In this document: piece after piece, positions 21,981-24,058 of the stretch
How positions within the stretch are numbered: the stretch's first letter is position 1
How the letters are laid out: each line of letters opens with the position of its first letter
Assembly (NCBI RefSeq): GCF_024521635.1
Contig: NW_026250433.1
Span: 434,001 to 458,058 of the forward strand
Direction: 5' to 3'
From: Tricharina praecox
Taxonomy: Eukaryota
DNA length: 24,058 nt
Notes under the pieces: model-generated
Databases searched by the model: none
Told to the model about the DNA's origin: nothing
The model's input: the letters and a program-made list of their open reading frames with translations, nothing else
Translations under genes and position numbers: made by a program

Positions 21981-22927
21981 ATGCGTGGCTTCATCATGCT
22001 TGTCTGCCTGTCCCGGGTGCTTGCCGAAATTGCCGGCAGAAATGCGGCAGCCTCCCAACCTCTATCGCCAGAAGACCCATCTACACCAGATGGCTCTCAC
22101 GGTCCGAACGACATCGGCATGCGAGTCGGTGATGGGAGTGATGCCGGACACGGAAGTAGGAGTTTTCGAAATAACGATGGATGGGCATACGCTGATGATG
22201 CGCAGGTGGCCAGTCATTTGTCGAGCGTAGGATGGCACAGCCAGAGTATAGCTGGTCATATCCCGTCGGCGGACCGTACGACGGTTTGGTTTCCTGGACT
22301 CCTATTCTGGCTCAGTACTGACGTTTCCCAGAGCACACCAACTGGCTCCTCAACTCCGCCACCATCCAACGAAAGTTTGCCGAGCTCGCAACGGCTGTTA
22401 TCAAAGCTCGAGATACCTGCGATGCTACCAAGAAGGATTGCACACAGCTTTGCGATGGTCAGGTGGACTGTCGCTTCCCGCTCAAGTTCACCCAGATCGA
22501 CCAGATAGCCAACGGTCAAATCAGGTGTATTCCGCCGTGCGACCCCGATGTACTGAATACCTTGTCGACGGACTGGGCTGAGCCAGGAGACGTGCCTCAC
22601 CCACCGGTTATTGTGGAAGAGGAGTGGCGCCCGGATGGGATTCCGTTTCCGAATGATCGGCGGACTATCAGGCCAGAGGTAGGTGAGGTTACTTTGCCGG
22701 TAAGTAGTGTGGAGAACCTGCTTGAAGACGCCATCGAGCTAGCGGATCCAGCTCAACGTCCAACGGAGCCGTCTCCACATATCGAGAAGCGAAGCACCGC
22801 AATGTACGATGGATCCGAAAATGTCAGTTTTGCTCGGCCGGAGGGAAACGCGTCAAGGGTTCGGAGACTAGCGCTGATATGGGTGGCTGTGTGTATCATC
22901 ATTGGCGCCGTCATGTTCATGTGTTAG
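21981..22927 (+). CDS. Hypothetical 296-aa cell-surface protein (signal peptide, 6-Cys segment, C-terminal TM/GPI-like tail), join(21981..22275,22332..22927)
   Basis: ATG in CACGATG context, leader MRGFIMLVCLSRVLA. A 56-nt intron at 22276-22331 (GTACGA..CTGAC..CAG) joins ORF 21819..22508 in frame to ORF 22463..22927. The protein ends RRLALIWVAVCIIIGAVMFMC. Confidence 0.75.
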
Positions 22928-23784
22928 CGCCTGTGTCACTAGAGAAGGGCTCAGTATAAGTATAAGCAGTGTTTCGAGGTTTTTTTTCCGTAGGATGGAC
23001 ATTCTGTCATGAAGTATGAAGAGTTTATGCGTTTTATCGCGGCTTTAGGTTTATTGGAATCCCGTGCAATGATGGACCGTCACTGTACTTTAGCATTGCT
23101 TGTATTAAATCCGATGAATGATCACGATGTTATCATCTTGTTGTGCGGAGCTTTCTGCCTTTATGTGTCTATTGATTCTGTCTGAAGTACAAAATAGAAA
23201 GCCCACCTGACACCCGGGGGCTTGGGGATCTTTCTCTTGCTTCGGTGTCCCCCCGTGGCGTAAAACATTCTCTTCATGGACATAAATCTGCAATGGAAAA
23301 ACGGAGTCGCGGATCACGTGGACGCCACTTGAACTGGAGCCGGAGGCGGATAAGATAGCGATTAATTTGTCCACAGTTACCGCAGATGGAACTTCACCTC
23401 GATCCAACTGCTGTGCATCATCCTTCATATACCGTACTTGTCGAAGCTTCGTTACATCGACTGATAATTGTGCTGAAAATAATAGGTGATAGCCGGATTC
23501 GTCATGACGTTCCACGGACAACACACAGGTGGCCTTACTTTGGTTTGCGACGGCGATGCCGTGCATTTCTCAAAACTCCAGCCTCTCAATTTATACTCGT
23601 AGATTACCAGATAATGAAAAAAACCACTCCGCAAAAGGCGCCCAGCGACAAATCAAACTTTGACCCTAGTAAGAACAAACAAGTAAAGGACACAGGTGAA
23701 GAAGAAAATAATCGATGCAATAATCAATACCCATAGGTTTCGCAACCAGATTTTCACTCAGTGCTTCGTGAGAGTTCCGATCGT

Positions 23785-24058
23785 TCAGTTCTTGTGGAAG
23801 AAGGTCTTCATCTTATACACGTTGACTTCGACCTTGGATTCAGCACCGCTCTCCCACTTGATGACCCGCCTGTTTTGCAGAATATTAGTAAATAAGTCGG
23901 TACGCGGGGTGAAGAAGAACCGTACCTCTTGTAGTCACCGGCCTTGCTTTCCTTGTGACAGGTAATCATGATATCCATAATGGCGAGTGCAGCCCATCCG
24001 CAGCGGACACATGAATGCATCGTGGCGCAGATATCAGTAGCATCATAAAAAGTGGGAT
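23785..24058 (-). CDS. 3' part of a Cys-rich hypothetical protein, 5' end probably outside the window; complement(join(23785..23869,23926..>24058))
   Basis: A 56-nt intron at 23870-23925 (GTACGG..TACTAAT..CAG) gives ..PTFYDATDICATMHSCVRCGWAALAIMDIMITCHKESKAGDYKRRVIKWESGAESKVEVNVYKMKTFFHKN*. The frame is open to the window edge. Confidence 0.6.

Noticed and set aside
23105..23566. 153-aa minus-strand ORF
   Set aside because: No recognisable motif or splice link. It lies between two convergent gene ends and is probably spurious or a remnant.
1..24058. Whole window as cargo of a giant element (Starship-like) or an integrated virus
   Set aside because: The orphan and pseudogene density is compatible with that, but no tyrosine recombinase, transposase, viral hallmark gene or element boundary is visible.

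Overview
This looks like eukaryotic DNA, most likely from a filamentous ascomycete fungus. The inference rests on 53-73 nt introns with GTRHGH donors, CTRAY branch points and YAG acceptors, and on CAC(A/G)ATG start contexts. The window is gene-sparse, repeat-rich and accessory-like, and I recognise no housekeeping gene, rRNA, intact tRNA, CRISPR array or transposase. Splicing the ORF track by hand gives several orphan gene models: an intronless 546-aa protein with four basic tandem repeats and an acidic tail (2792-4432, -); a 199-aa signal-peptide/membrane protein (7716-8368, -); a 181-aa protein with a J-domain-like N-terminus lacking HPD (20612-21284, +); a 296-aa Cys-containing protein with a signal peptide and C-terminal anchor (21981-22927, +); a disordered protein or pseudogene with a HeH/LEM-like C-terminus (~18033-18920, +); and the 3' end of a Cys-rich gene running off the right edge. 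Non-coding structure includes a 193-bp TA-flanked whole-element palindrome with poly-G/poly-C arms, a 352-bp TIR element, a degenerate ~205-273 bp tandem array, and a diverged local duplication family (9.4-11.0, 12.0-13.4 and 15.7-16.0 kb) containing a 119-bp identical tract. I see no well-supported multi-gene novel system. The best leads are the HPD-less J-like protein, the repeat protein, the palindromic element and the duplication preceded by TE-like ends.
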